64,000 nt of DNA from an uncultured Spirochaetota bacterium (GTDB lineage Bacteria > Spirochaetota > Spirochaetia > SZUA-6 > Fen-1364). The translations under genes and the position numbers were made by a program. Under the pieces are notes generated by a model. That model was not told the origin of the DNA. It made no database searches and saw only the letters and a program-made list of their open reading frames with translations. The DNA is taken from assembly GCA_963845535.1 (NCBI GenBank), contig CAWJSK010000015.1, forward strand, positions 401,875 to 465,874, written 5' to 3'. Below are positions 52,441 to 62,456 of this stretch, piece by piece. Every line of letters begins with the position of its first letter. The stretch's first letter is position 1.

Positions 52441-52815
52441 CTAAAGGTATCTCACGATACCTCCGTTCCTCCGACTGTACCGATAGTGGTCACAGGGATT
52501 GTCGTATCCTACGATGATCGCCTCCGAATGAGGTTTTAGAATTTCCTCGTGCGCAGCCCACAGGACGAAGCTCTCGATCTGTTCCGCCCGCTGCAAGGTA
52601 TTGTCGGTTTGTATTAGCCAGTAGTTGGAAAGTCTGAGGTAGTGCCTGATCCTGATCCAGCCTTGAGCGACCGCATGTTTGATCAGAATCTCTCTGGCTC
52701 TGGCATCGTAACCGAGCGGCTCATACTGGCAGTCGAGTATTCCTCGAAACCTTTGCTTTGTCAGATCAAATAGCTCTGGATGATCAACGATGAACTGGAT
52801 GTGGTTTGAATAGAT
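52441..52815 (-). pseudogene. 5'-truncated hypothetical protein (no start codon)
   Basis: About 120 open codons: HIQFIVDHPELFDLT...AREILIK...GWIRIRHY. Confidence 0.45.
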
Positions 52816-52826
52816 ATACTATACGT

Positions 52827-53135
52827 ATGACCAAGAAGATTTCCGGCGGCGTGGCACACGATCTGCCGGCAGACTTACGAAAAGCCCTGAGGGCTGATCC
52901 TAAAGCTCTGACGGCATGGGAAGATGATCTTACACCACTCGCTCGCAACGAGTGGATTTGTTGGGTTATTTCCGTCAAGAAACCCGAAACGCGACGAGAA
53001 CACGTCGAACGGGTATGCCCGGAGCTTAGGGAAGGGATGCGCCGCCCTTGTTGTTGGATGGGCTGTATCCACCGAAGAGACAAACCATTAAGCCCTTCAC
53101 AAAGATTCGTACTCGGGAAACAATCTAAAGAGTAA
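52827..53135 (+). CDS. YdeI/OmpD-associated family protein
   Basis: LPADLRKAL...LTPLARNEWICWV...RRPCCWMGC. Confidence 0.85.
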   Translation: MTKKISGGVAHDLPADLRKALRADPKALTAWEDDLTPLARNEWICWVISVKKPETRREHVERVCPELREGMRRPCCWMGCIHRRDKPLSPSQRFVLGKQSKE

Positions 53136-53184
53136 AGCGGCTCGCCAGTTATTCGGAACCCCGAACACTTCTTTGGAGGCGGTC

Positions 53185-53280
53185 ATGCGCAAGTATATGG
53201 CAGAAGAGGCGCGTTTTGCAGGCCTCGACTCGCACGCAGAGACCATCGCGGTTGCATTTTCTAATGCAACGATAGAGTAG
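53185..53280 (+). pseudogene. IS110-like transposase N-terminal remnant
   Basis: GGAGG RBS; RFAGLDSHAETIAVA resembles the GLDVH motif. Confidence 0.45.
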
Positions 53281-53374
53281 ACTTCGCAGATTTTGCTCAC
53301 ACGCAGCCATAAGCTTCTGCCTTAAGGTCGTGAATCATCCAGGGCAAAATACTCCATGCGGTCCTGCCGGAAAT

Positions 53375-54061
53375 CTATGCGCGGTCAGCGGTGTTCGTGA
53401 ACAGTCGGCGAAGCGCCGGCTTCCAGTTCAGCATCCAGCGCGAAATGACGCCTTGCCCTTGCAACTTCTCTTGGCCCGATTCCACGCTCGAAGCGACCTC
53501 GGATTCGCCCTTTATCTCCCGCTTGATGTAGCTTTGAAACTCTTCAACGCTTCGCCCGAAGTTGAGAACTGCCTCATTGAAGGCTGCTATCTCGTGGTCT
53601 GGTGGACTTCGCCGGTCAACCCCTTTCAGGCAATTGAGCGCTTCAAGAATAGCCGCTGTGCACTTCCCTAACTCCGAGGGCTGAGGCTTATGGCGTTTGC
53701 TATGAAAGTGCCTCTCCGCTGACCGTATGGTATTGATTACGTGTGTCTTTGTTGGGGGCGTCCCTGCCTCTGGCCCCTTTTGTCGAGCCAATTTGAAGGC
53801 TTCGTCGGCAGAACGCTGGTTTTTTGATATCAACTTCATCTGTTCCAACCACGATTCGGACACTTTCATCTCCCGAGCCAACCCCCTGACAGTCAAAAGG
53901 CTCATACCATTGCTATGACCCTTACCCTTTTTGCCTCTCCCGCCCGTTTTCCCCGATTCTTTTGGCCTGGCGGTGTGCTGCTCCACAAGTTGCCCAAGTC
54001 TTTCATAGGCTTCAAAAAGGAGTTCGCTGACTTTTGGACTGTCTTCATAGGTGGCTTCCAC
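53375..54061 (-). CDS. Hypothetical, possibly phage-like protein; probably 5'-truncated
   Basis: 228-aa ORF with GGRGKK basic patch and an HTH-like segment; no RBS seen. Confidence 0.5.
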   Translation of the reverse strand: MEATYEDSPKVSELLFEAYERLGQLVEQHTARPKESGKTGGRGKKGKGHSNGMSLLTVRGLAREMKVSESWLEQMKLISKNQRSADEAFKLARQKGPEAGTPPTKTHVINTIRSAERHFHSKRHKPQPSELGKCTAAILEALNCLKGVDRRSPPDHEIAAFNEAVLNFGRSVEEFQSYIKREIKGESEVASSVESGQEKLQGQGVISRWMLNWKPALRRLFTNTADRA

Positions 54062-54068
54062 CTGAGCC

Positions 54069-54542
54069 TTGACCGCAGTTGAAGCGAACGGAGGCGATTC
54101 AGCGAATGTCGAAAGAGCAGAATGGACAGCCTCATGGATCGTCGGGATCGCCCTTCTTGCGCTCGCTGCCTACATCGTCGTTTCCTCTGCTTTCTCGCTT
54201 TTCACGCAGTCGCACCCCGAGGCAACCACACTGGGAATCGGAATTGCGCTGGCGTCGAGCATCCTAATGCCTTTCCTCGCCGTATCAAAGAAGCGAATAG
54301 GGCGGCGTATCGGCAGCAAGGCGCTCATCTCGGATGGGTCGTGCAGTATGGTCTGTGCCTATATGTCTTGGATACTCCTTGCTGGCGTTGCTGCAACCTC
54401 CCTACTGGGATGGTGGTGGGCGGATTCGGTCGCTGCCCTGGGGTTTGTCTGGTTCGTTGTGCATGAAGGTCTTGAGGCGATAGACGAGGCCCGTGAGTCC
54501 GATGCACACGAAGGGGAAACGCCGCAAGAACGAAGAGATTGA
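54069..54542 (+). pseudogene. Cation transporter (CDF-like) lacking N-terminal helices
   Basis: ERAE..ASWIVG, MPFLA..K.RIG, SKALISDG, GWWWADS. Confidence 0.65.
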
Positions 54543-54651
54543 TACCCTTTGGGTTGCTGATTAGAGAAGGTGCAAGTGATTTACACCGGGCATTTCGTCT
54601 TCAAATGGCAATCGCTATGAAACCAAAAAGCCGTGCGGCGCTTTTCCGTGT

Positions 54652-57600
54652 TTATCTCCGCAAGTTTTTTTCTAGCATCTCCATCAGTTCAGCAATCTTG
54701 AAGGGCTTTGAAATACTCGCAGTAAAGCCATACTCCCCTGGCCGCGCAATTATCGGGTCTACGGCATATCCACTTGCAACAAAGAGCGGGACTTCCTTAT
54801 CAATTTGCCGAATCTCTTCTGCTACCTCCTTGCCTCCCATTTCCCCTGGGATTGTAAGGTCCAAGATAACCGCTTTGAAGGGGTTGTTATTTCTCTTGCC
54901 TTCGAGGAAAGCCTCTATTGTCTCTCCGCCGTTCTCCTTAGCAACAACCGAATAGCCAAAGGATTGTAGCATCTTCGACAGTAGTTCACGAATTGGTCCT
55001 TCATCATCCATTACCAGAATCCTGCCGGTCCCGGTGTGCCGGATGGACTTACTCTCGGGTGTCTCTGCACAAGATTCATCGCAAGCCAAAAGATAAACAG
55101 TAAAGGTCGTCCCTTTGCCCAGTTGGGACTCTACATCAATAGCGCCACCGTGCCGAATAATGATTGAATGAGATATAGCAAGTCCCAAGCCGTGGCCTTC
55201 TGTCTTTGTAGTGAAAAAGGGATCGAATACTCTTGAAAGCATATCCTCTGGTATGCCTATCCCTTGATCTTTGATTGAGACAGCGAGATAGCTCCCCTCG
55301 CTTAGAGTTGGGTGCTCTTTGCGTTGCATCAAAGTATTCTTTGCAGAGATTTCAATAATACCGCCCATCGGCATAGCCTGAATGGCATTAAGAATCAGGT
55401 TTTGAATGACTTGTCCTATTTGATTCTTATCGATTTCACAGTACGAAAGGTTCTCTTGGATATCGTATTTACCTTTCACGTTTGACCCATGTAGGGCGAA
55501 CTGACATGTCTCTCTGATGAAAGATGGCATCGATACTGCCTTCTTGACTGGCGCTCCACCCCTAGAAAATGTCAACAATTGCTGAGTAAGAGATTTGGCG
55601 CGTTCCATGCTCTCCATTGCCTGCGAAAGGTACCGGGACACCGCTTCGTCTTTTGCCTCGCTTCTCGCAAGGTCTGCATATCCGAAAATGCCCGTCAGTA
55701 TGTTATTGAAGTCGTGGGCTATGCCACCCGCTAACACTCCGAGAGATTCCAACCTCTGCGTTTGTTGGAGGTATTGCTCATATTCCAGTTTGTCTCTTTC
55801 TGCTTTTTTCCGATCCGTAATGTCTGAAACAAAATAGAGTACTGCGGGTTTTCCTTCCCAGTCGATTAGCTGTCCTGCCGACTCAGCCCAAAAGAAATCA
55901 CCATTTTTTTTCTTATGACTGGTAATACGCTTTGGTAGTGTCTTCCCACTCAGCCGTTCTAATAGGTGATTCCTCGACTTCTCCCAATCGACATCGCTAA
56001 AGAAGGCTCTTGCAGGCATCCCAAGTAGCTCTTCTCTTGAGTATCCCGACATCTCTGGTGCGCATTTATTTAAGAATACGATCTTTTCATTCTGAAATAC
56101 AAATATTGCAACCGGAGCAGTGTCGATAAGCTGCCTATACTTCGCTTCGGACGCAAGCAATCTCTTTTCATTCTCTTCAAGTGCCTTCTCGACTCGTTTA
56201 CGTTCCGTGATTTCTATGTACGTCCCAAGTACGCCGTTGATCTCGTCTTTTTCGTTTCTCAGAGGAACTATGGTCGCCAGATCAGTAACTTCCTCTTCGT
56301 TTCGCATTACCGAGTCTTCAAAATTCAGGATCGCCGAACCCGTTTGAATGACTTCACGGTCAATCTCACGATACCGTTCCGCGCATTCTTTAGGAAAGCC
56401 CACTTCGTAGTCGTTTTTTCCAATAATGTAAGATGGATCATCGAACCCTGCATCCCGCGCGAACCTCATGTTGCAACCCAAGTATATCGAATGTGCGTCC
56501 TTCCAGAAAACTCCTGCGGGTATTGCGTCAAGTATGCCCTCCGTAATCTGCTCTGACGCCCTCAAGGACTCCTCGGCGGCTTTCCGCTTCGTGATGTCCT
56601 GTGACGTTCCAAAAACACGTACTGGCTCTCCGGCTTCGTTGAAAACGACTTCCGCCTCGCTGTGCACAGTTCTCAGTTGACCGTCAGAGCGTTGTATTTG
56701 GTAATCGATGACGTATGGAACTCCGCGCTGAATCGAGGCGTCAATTGCATTTCTCGAACGCCTGAACTCGTTGGCAGGCAAGAAGGATTCCGCCAACGCT
56801 AAGGTAATTGGAGAGCCAACAGGGATACCCGCGATTCGGTACATTTCATCCGATAGGGAAATCTTCTGCGTAGAGCGCTCATATTCCCAACTACCAATAT
56901 GAGCTATACGTTGAGAGACCGCTAACAGATTATGAACTCTTGCTTGCTCGTCTTCGGCTCTCTTGCGTTCGCTTATGTCACGTATTGAGGCAATGCAAAC
57001 CTTTCGCCCCTTCCAAACATATGAGGCATTTGCGAACGCCGCTGGGAAAATGCTTCCATCCTTCTTGCGATGATAGCGTAAGGGTACATAGACAGTTCCC
57101 GTACTTCGTATCTGCTCAATTATCTTCTTGCTTTCCTTTTCTTCGGCAGTCAGATTAAGAACCGTCATCCCCGAGGTTAGCTCTTCTCTGTTGTAGCCAT
57201 AAAGGCTGGTATGTCTTTCGTTCACATCTATTATTTCGAGTGTTTCCATGTCAAAAACGTGAACGGCAAACATGTCACTATCGAATAGTACTCTATATTT
57301 TTTTTCGCTCTCTCTTAGTTCGGCCTCTGCTTCTCTCTGTTTTGTCACGTCTCTTACAGCGCCGTAGATGATGGCTACTCCGTTTCGTTCCTCGTTCCAT
57401 TCAGACTTCGCAAAAATGCTCAACCATTTGAGTTCAGCCGAGTTTCCGATGGACGCCCTGCATTCGATTTCGATGCTTTGAGCGTTGGCAATCAGCTTGC
57501 TGAGAACTTCAACCGCTTTGCTGTTGTCGTCCGGATGGATGTAGTGAAGCAGATACTCAAGGGTTACTCCTTCTTCCCTGTTGCGTCCGGTGAAGGCGTA

Positions 57601-57966
57601 AAAGTTATCGGAAATGAACTCCACTGAGATTTTCCCGTCTTGGGAAACTAAAAGATCGAAGGCAAAAGTCGTGGTTAGTTCTGAAACTATTCTATAATGC
57701 ATCTCGCTGTTTTTGAGGGCATTCTTTGCCTGATTCCCCTTTGAGATGGTGTTTGACACTGGGAGAGCAACAAGGAAGTAGCCGAAAGGGAGCAGAAGGA
57801 TCAAAGCCGAAGCGGAAAGCAAGGCTTCTTTGGCAATGGGCGAAAACGATGGCATTAAGCTCGCTAGTAGGTGGGCTATAGGAACAAGAACAATTACGGA
57901 GATGATCATTATGACGAATTCTCGTCTGACAGGCTTGATGGAAAGTGAATAGTGTCGAGTTGCCAT
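54652..57966 (-). CDS. Multi-PAS hybrid histidine kinase with receiver domain
   Basis: Two TM helices, several PAS/PAC, AGGIAHDFNN, N/G boxes, ILVMDDE...ILDLTIP. Confidence 0.95.
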   Translation of the reverse strand: MATRHYSLSIKPVRREFVIMIISVIVLVPIAHLLASLMPSFSPIAKEALLSASALILLLPFGYFLVALPVSNTISKGNQAKNALKNSEMHYRIVSELTTTFAFDLLVSQDGKISVEFISDNFYAFTGRNREEGVTLEYLLHYIHPDDNSKAVEVLSKLIANAQSIEIECRASIGNSAELKWLSIFAKSEWNEERNGVAIIYGAVRDVTKQREAEAELRESEKKYRVLFDSDMFAVHVFDMETLEIIDVNERHTSLYGYNREELTSGMTVLNLTAEEKESKKIIEQIRSTGTVYVPLRYHRKKDGSIFPAAFANASYVWKGRKVCIASIRDISERKRAEDEQARVHNLLAVSQRIAHIGSWEYERSTQKISLSDEMYRIAGIPVGSPITLALAESFLPANEFRRSRNAIDASIQRGVPYVIDYQIQRSDGQLRTVHSEAEVVFNEAGEPVRVFGTSQDITKRKAAEESLRASEQITEGILDAIPAGVFWKDAHSIYLGCNMRFARDAGFDDPSYIIGKNDYEVGFPKECAERYREIDREVIQTGSAILNFEDSVMRNEEEVTDLATIVPLRNEKDEINGVLGTYIEITERKRVEKALEENEKRLLASEAKYRQLIDTAPVAIFVFQNEKIVFLNKCAPEMSGYSREELLGMPARAFFSDVDWEKSRNHLLERLSGKTLPKRITSHKKKNGDFFWAESAGQLIDWEGKPAVLYFVSDITDRKKAERDKLEYEQYLQQTQRLESLGVLAGGIAHDFNNILTGIFGYADLARSEAKDEAVSRYLSQAMESMERAKSLTQQLLTFSRGGAPVKKAVSMPSFIRETCQFALHGSNVKGKYDIQENLSYCEIDKNQIGQVIQNLILNAIQAMPMGGIIEISAKNTLMQRKEHPTLSEGSYLAVSIKDQGIGIPEDMLSRVFDPFFTTKTEGHGLGLAISHSIIIRHGGAIDVESQLGKGTTFTVYLLACDESCAETPESKSIRHTGTGRILVMDDEGPIRELLSKMLQSFGYSVVAKENGGETIEAFLEGKRNNNPFKAVILDLTIPGEMGGKEVAEEIRQIDKEVPLFVASGYAVDPIIARPGEYGFTASISKPFKIAELMEMLEKNLRR

Positions 57967-58198
57967 ATCACTTCGCTCCTGTGCTAGTGTCGTCCCGCGA
58001 TAGAGTTCGACATTCCTTATGCACAAGACACCATTGGGGATGATTTGAAGGGCAATTTCCGAAGATCAAACGTTTAGAGAGAAAGCCAAGAGTATACTAG
58101 AAAAGCACTCTACGCAAGTAGCAAAATGCACCGACAAACCAAGTCTCTATCTTTCCGCTCGGACCTGATAAGCCATTCCCGACACGGTACCTAAGGAT

Positions 58199-58318
58199 AG
58201 TCCTTGGAGTTGTTGATACACTCCGCTTCGGGATTACGCGTGGTCCTTGAGGCCGGGTTCCGTGCTCCGAGGACATGCATCGTCATGGGGTCAGGGTTTG
58301 CTCAGTTTCCCTGACCCT
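58199..58318 (+). ncRNA. Candidate structured small RNA / ~120-bp repeat, copy 1
   Basis: Extended -10 TGATACACT, hairpin, terminator hairpin; homologous to 60240-60363. Confidence 0.5.
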
Positions 58319-58355
58319 CTTATTGCTCAGAAGATTTCCCATCCCATTTGCGATC

Positions 58356-58898
58356 CTATCTCATTACAACTGCAACGAACGGCATCACGCCAAGTACATA
58401 TGACGGATTACTGTAGTCAAATGAAAGGTAGATTGCACTTGCCCCGACTTCAAGATTTAAGCCCAAAGGCGAGAAGTCCCAGGCAATTGAGGCTGCTAAC
58501 CCATACCCTAGAGCGGCAAAGCCATTAAGAAGCGAAAGCCCTGCATCTGCACCAAAAACGAGTCCTTTCACAAAAGGGTATGCTCGAATGCCAGCCGAAA
58601 GAAGGGATGCTGATATTTGATTAACAAAAGTGCCGCTCAGAAAAAGCGCATCTGCTATGCCATCGTAACCGCCAACGAAATACAGTCCCCGAGCTATGGC
58701 GACCCCCAAGTGAATGTCCAGATCAAGTTGAAGTCTCGATGATGAATAGCCAGTAATCTCAGTATCCACGACAGAACCCCATGTCAAGTAAGGGAACAAT
58801 CCGATGCCTGTCTCGAAATAAGTCGAGCCAAAGGATTGGGCGGTCAAGGCGGATGTTGCACCCAAGGTGAGTATCAGGATCAGAAGGCATTTTCTCAT
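58356..58898 (-). CDS. Putative small beta-barrel outer membrane protein, paralog 1
   Basis: Signal peptide and amphipathic Gly/aromatic strands; paralog of 59571-60128. Confidence 0.7.
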   Translation of the reverse strand: MRKCLLILILTLGATSALTAQSFGSTYFETGIGLFPYLTWGSVVDTEITGYSSSRLQLDLDIHLGVAIARGLYFVGGYDGIADALFLSGTFVNQISASLLSAGIRAYPFVKGLVFGADAGLSLLNGFAALGYGLAASIAWDFSPLGLNLEVGASAIYLSFDYSNPSYVLGVMPFVAVVMR

Positions 58899-58931
58899 TG
58901 ATTCCTGTCCAAGCGGTAGCTTTCCTTTTTC

Positions 58932-59507
58932 TCACCATATCCAAGGAATCAGCTTTTTTGTATTCCTTTTATAGTTCTTATAGTCCGATCCCAAAGAGGA
59001 AAGCAGTTCTGTTTCTTCAACGTGAATGCGATAGAGCAAAGCAGCAACAGGTAATCCGACTGCCAGTAGGAGAGAAAGCCAATTCTGAGTAGCAATACCA
59101 TATCCAACGCAAGCAAATAGCAAACCCGTATAGGAAGGATGCCGCACCACCCTATAGGGGCCTTTCCTCACAACCTCCTGATTCTGATGTGTCTCCACTG
59201 TAGTTCGGAAGGACGAACCCAAAGTTGCAATTGCCCATATGCGTAGAGAAAGAGAAAGCAGCATTATTGCAAATCCAACGCAAAAAGCCACATAGTTTCT
59301 TCCCCAAGGGAAGAAGAAAACTGAGTCTCCGCTTAGAAATCCCGCAAGAGTCAAACCGACAGCAATTGCGATGAAGTTGTAGTACCGTGTTCCCCGATCT
59401 TTTGCAGTCTTTCCCTTTCCATGTGCCGCATCTCTTACGATAAGCAATATTTCAAAAACAATCCAAATCGCCGATAACGCTATCAGCAGAATGACAACAA
59501 AAGACAT
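58932..59507 (-). CDS. ICMT family protein, paralog of 43642-44217
   Basis: GPYRVVRHPSYTG; same 191-aa length and long identical blocks. Confidence 0.88.
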   Translation of the reverse strand: MSFVVILLIALSAIWIVFEILLIVRDAAHGKGKTAKDRGTRYYNFIAIAVGLTLAGFLSGDSVFFFPWGRNYVAFCVGFAIMLLSLSLRIWAIATLGSSFRTTVETHQNQEVVRKGPYRVVRHPSYTGLLFACVGYGIATQNWLSLLLAVGLPVAALLYRIHVEETELLSSLGSDYKNYKRNTKKLIPWIW

Positions 59508-59570
59508 AGTTCAACTCCTCCCAAAGCCAAAGTACTTTGTTGCTTCATCAATATCTAACCCATGCGCTCG

Positions 59571-60128
59571 CTACCTAACAACAACAGCAATAAAGGGCAT
59601 TACAGCAAACATATACGATGGAGAAGCATAATCAAAAGCAAGGTAAATGGTTCTCGCCCCTACTTCAAGGTTCAAACCGAATGGCGTAAAGTCCCAAGCA
59701 AGGATACCACCAAAACCGTATCCCCAGGCAACAAAGCCATTCAATTCTGCGACCCCAGCGTCAGCACCGAGGACAAGGCCATTCACGAAAGGGTAAAGCC
59801 GAAAACCAAGAGAAAAAAGCGAGGACGATATTTGGTTGGAGTAAGTCCCATTTATGATTATTTCATCCAAGACTCCGTTGTATCCACCTACCAGATAGAA
59901 AGACCGAAAGATGGCCCACCCCAAGTGAGCCGTAACATCAATCTGAAATCGGGATGCGCCCGAACTGGCAAGAGCGGAATCGACAGCGGAACCGTAAGTC
60001 AAATACGGCAAGAATCCGACACCAAGCTGAAAGTATGTTGAACTGCGATGCTCAAAGTATTGGGCACTGACGCTTGATATCGCACCCAGGGCAATTATAA
60101 AGATAGAAATGCATTTCTTAAGTCTCAT
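59571..60128 (-). CDS. Putative small beta-barrel outer membrane protein, paralog 2
   Basis: Shares STYF..G.G..PYLT, YPFV.GLV.GADAG and GLNLEVGA with paralog 1. Confidence 0.7.
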   Translation of the reverse strand: MRLKKCISIFIIALGAISSVSAQYFEHRSSTYFQLGVGFLPYLTYGSAVDSALASSGASRFQIDVTAHLGWAIFRSFYLVGGYNGVLDEIIINGTYSNQISSSLFSLGFRLYPFVNGLVLGADAGVAELNGFVAWGYGFGGILAWDFTPFGLNLEVGARTIYLAFDYASPSYMFAVMPFIAVVVR

Positions 60129-60239
60129 TGGTGCCACTCATTTCCACAAGGATCAAATATGAGAGAAAAGAGGCCTTCTGTCCACTCATCTAAGGATTTG
60201 AAAGTCACTTCCTCAAACGCATCGTGCTTCCTTGTAGTA

Positions 60240-60366
60240 AGTCCTTGGGGTTGTTGATATACTCCGATTCGGGATTCCGCTTAGTCCTTGGGGCCGGGTT
60301 CCGTAATCCCCGAGGACAAGCTTTGCATTATGGGGTCAGGGTTTGCTCAGTTTCCCTGACCCTTTT
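60240..60366 (+). ncRNA. Candidate structured small RNA / ~120-bp repeat, copy 2
   Basis: Extended -10 TGATATACT; stem GCTTAGTCCTTGGGG/CCCCGAGGACAAGC; GGGTCAGGG/CCCTGACCC followed by TTTT. Confidence 0.5.
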
Positions 60367-61186
60367 CACGATTAGAGTTTGCAAGAGACTTGTCACTTTG
60401 AAGCTTCATAATGGCCTCTTTGAGAGGGGCAGAATGAATAAGGAGCCATATAGGTCCGGGGAAGGTCGGCTCAGTCGTGAGAGCTTCCTTCGGTGTACCT
60501 TTGTTTCTATGCTCAGAGACAAGAAGGAGTAGCATATGACTTTGGAAGAGATGCTTACGCTTTTTCAATATGACGAGTGGGCAACGAAGCGAACGATTGA
60601 ATCAGTGTCTCCGCTCTCGGAGGAACAGTATAAGAGGGACTTGAAATCAAGCTATGGAGGCATTCACGGAACACTGGTGCACATTTATTGGGCAGACTGC
60701 TTATGGTTGGAACGGTGGAATGGAAACTCTTCTTTCAATGCCATCAGCACAAATGAAATATCAGGGCTGATTACTTTGAATGATCGATGGGAAGAGTATC
60801 GTGAGAAACTCAATGGCTATTTGGTGAACCTTACGGATGCAAAGCTTTCCGCGCCTCTTTCTTATGCTGACACGAGAGGTAACAATTATGCCGAGCCGTT
60901 GCGTCAGCAAATGCAGCATCGAGTAAACCACTCTTCATATCATCGTGGGCAAATCGTAACTATGCTTAGACAACTTGGTGGGAAACCGCTGGCAACAGAC
61001 CTCATCCTTTTTTACCGAACAGGACAGATTGGGCTTTCCCCAGTTTCGTGGACAGTGCAATATGCCACTCGCTCACCGAGTAGCACCCATTTTTCGCGGG
61101 GTGTTCGGATACCACCCCGCCCCGGGAAATCGCTCTACGGCCCTCTACGCGTGTCGTTTTTCCTGAGCTACTCCTTTCCGACCTCA

Positions 61187-62056
61187 TCAGGCCGCCTCTC
61201 CGCCCGCGGAGCTCTCAAACTCATGCGGCGTGAGATATCCCAGGTACGAATGCAGCCGCCGACGGTTGTAGAACACCTCGATGTACTCGAAGATCTCCCG
61301 TCGTGCCTGCTCACGAGTGACGAAGATCCGATCCCCGATCAGCTCCGTCTTCAGACTCGCAAAGAACGTCTCAGCACACGCGTTGTCCCAGCAATCCCCC
61401 TTGCGGCTCATGCTCTGCCGTATTCCGTGGCGCCCCAGATGACGACGAAACGCCCCCGCGCAATACTGCACCCCACGGTCGGAGTGCAGCAGCAGGTCCC
61501 GAGGGGGACGGCGGTGCGTCACGGCCATCAGCAACGCCCGCACCGCCAGCTCCGCACCCAGATTCTGACCCATTGACCAACCCACGACTCTCCGGGAGTA
61601 CAGGTCCAGGACCACGCACAGGTACATCCACCCCTCGGCGGTGGGGATGTAGGTGATGTCCGACACCCAGACCCGATTCGCCGCACTCACCGCGAACTGC
61701 CGCTGGAGCAGGTTTTCCGCCACCGGATGGCTGTGATTCGACTTGGTTGTCACCCGGTAAGCCTTCCTGCGCCGCGCTCCCAGCTGCCCTTCGCGCATCA
61801 GCCGCGCCACGCGGTTATGTCCGACGCGCAGCCCACGCCGGTACAACTCCCGGGTCATCCGGGGGCTGCCGTAGCGGTATTTCACCTCTCGTTGGATCCC
61901 CGTGATCGACCCCGTCAACCGCTCGTCGTGTTCCCGACGGGCAGCTTTGCCTCTCCGTATCCAGGCGTAGAATCCACTCCGCGTCACGCCCAAGACATCG
62001 GCCATCTTCCCCACGCGGTGTTCTCCCCGATGAGCTGCCATGAAGCGGTACTTCAT
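61187..62056 (-). CDS. IS3 transposase OrfB
   Basis: YGSPR, WVSDITY, HSDRGVQY, DNACAETFF. Confidence 0.95.
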   Translation of the reverse strand: MKYRFMAAHRGEHRVGKMADVLGVTRSGFYAWIRRGKAARREHDERLTGSITGIQREVKYRYGSPRMTRELYRRGLRVGHNRVARLMREGQLGARRRKAYRVTTKSNHSHPVAENLLQRQFAVSAANRVWVSDITYIPTAEGWMYLCVVLDLYSRRVVGWSMGQNLGAELAVRALLMAVTHRRPPRDLLLHSDRGVQYCAGAFRRHLGRHGIRQSMSRKGDCWDNACAETFFASLKTELIGDRIFVTREQARREIFEYIEVFYNRRRLHSYLGYLTPHEFESSAGGEAA

Positions 62057-62352
62057 TTCGGGGGTCTTGAGAACATGGCCACTACTTTTCGCAGAATCTC
62101 GCGGTCTTCGCGTAACGAGGCTACTTCCTTTCGAAGTCGGACCAGCTCCTCATCGCGGGGAGTACCGTTTCCTGGAAAAGCTCGCTCCCCAGAGGCCTCA
62201 AACTCTTTGCGCCATTTGTAGACTTGGCCGCTGCCGATGCCCAGGTCCTTCTCGATCTGGTGGCCAGGCTTTCCCCCAGCTTCAAGCATCCGCACCGCCT
62301 CCAACTTGAACTCCTTGGTGTATCTCTTCCTCTTGTCTCCCATGTCGTCCAT
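62053..62352 (-). CDS. IS3 OrfA
   Basis: RYTKEFKLEAV HTH plus leucine zipper; ATGA overlap with OrfB. Confidence 0.92.
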   Translation of the reverse strand: MDDMGDKRKRYTKEFKLEAVRMLEAGGKPGHQIEKDLGIGSGQVYKWRKEFEASGERAFPGNGTPRDEELVRLRKEVASLREDREILRKVVAMFSRPPK

Positions 62353-62456
62353 GTCCTACTCCCTCAAGATACTGCTTAACCTCGTGTCCACGAATTTCGG
62401 GGTAGGTCTAGATACCGAAAAGCTCGTAGTACTTTCTCCTTCATCTTTTTTTCAAA

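Larger units (their letters stand above)
61030..62410 (-). mobile_element. IS3 family element
   Basis: TIRs TGGGCTTTCCCCAGTTTCGTGGACA / TAGACCTACCCCGAAATTCGTGGACA; 3-bp duplication GAT at 61027-61029 and 62411-62413. Confidence 0.9.
60536..62429 (+). pseudogene. DinB family protein interrupted by IS3 just before its stop
   Basis: YDEWA, GTLVHI, NHSSYHRGQI; removing the IS restores ...GQIPKSS* (TAG 62427-62429). Confidence 0.85.

Noticed and set aside
60536..61576. 346-aa DinB fusion protein as an evolved gene
   Set aside because: Everything after 61029 is IS3 sequence bounded by TIRs and a GAT duplication
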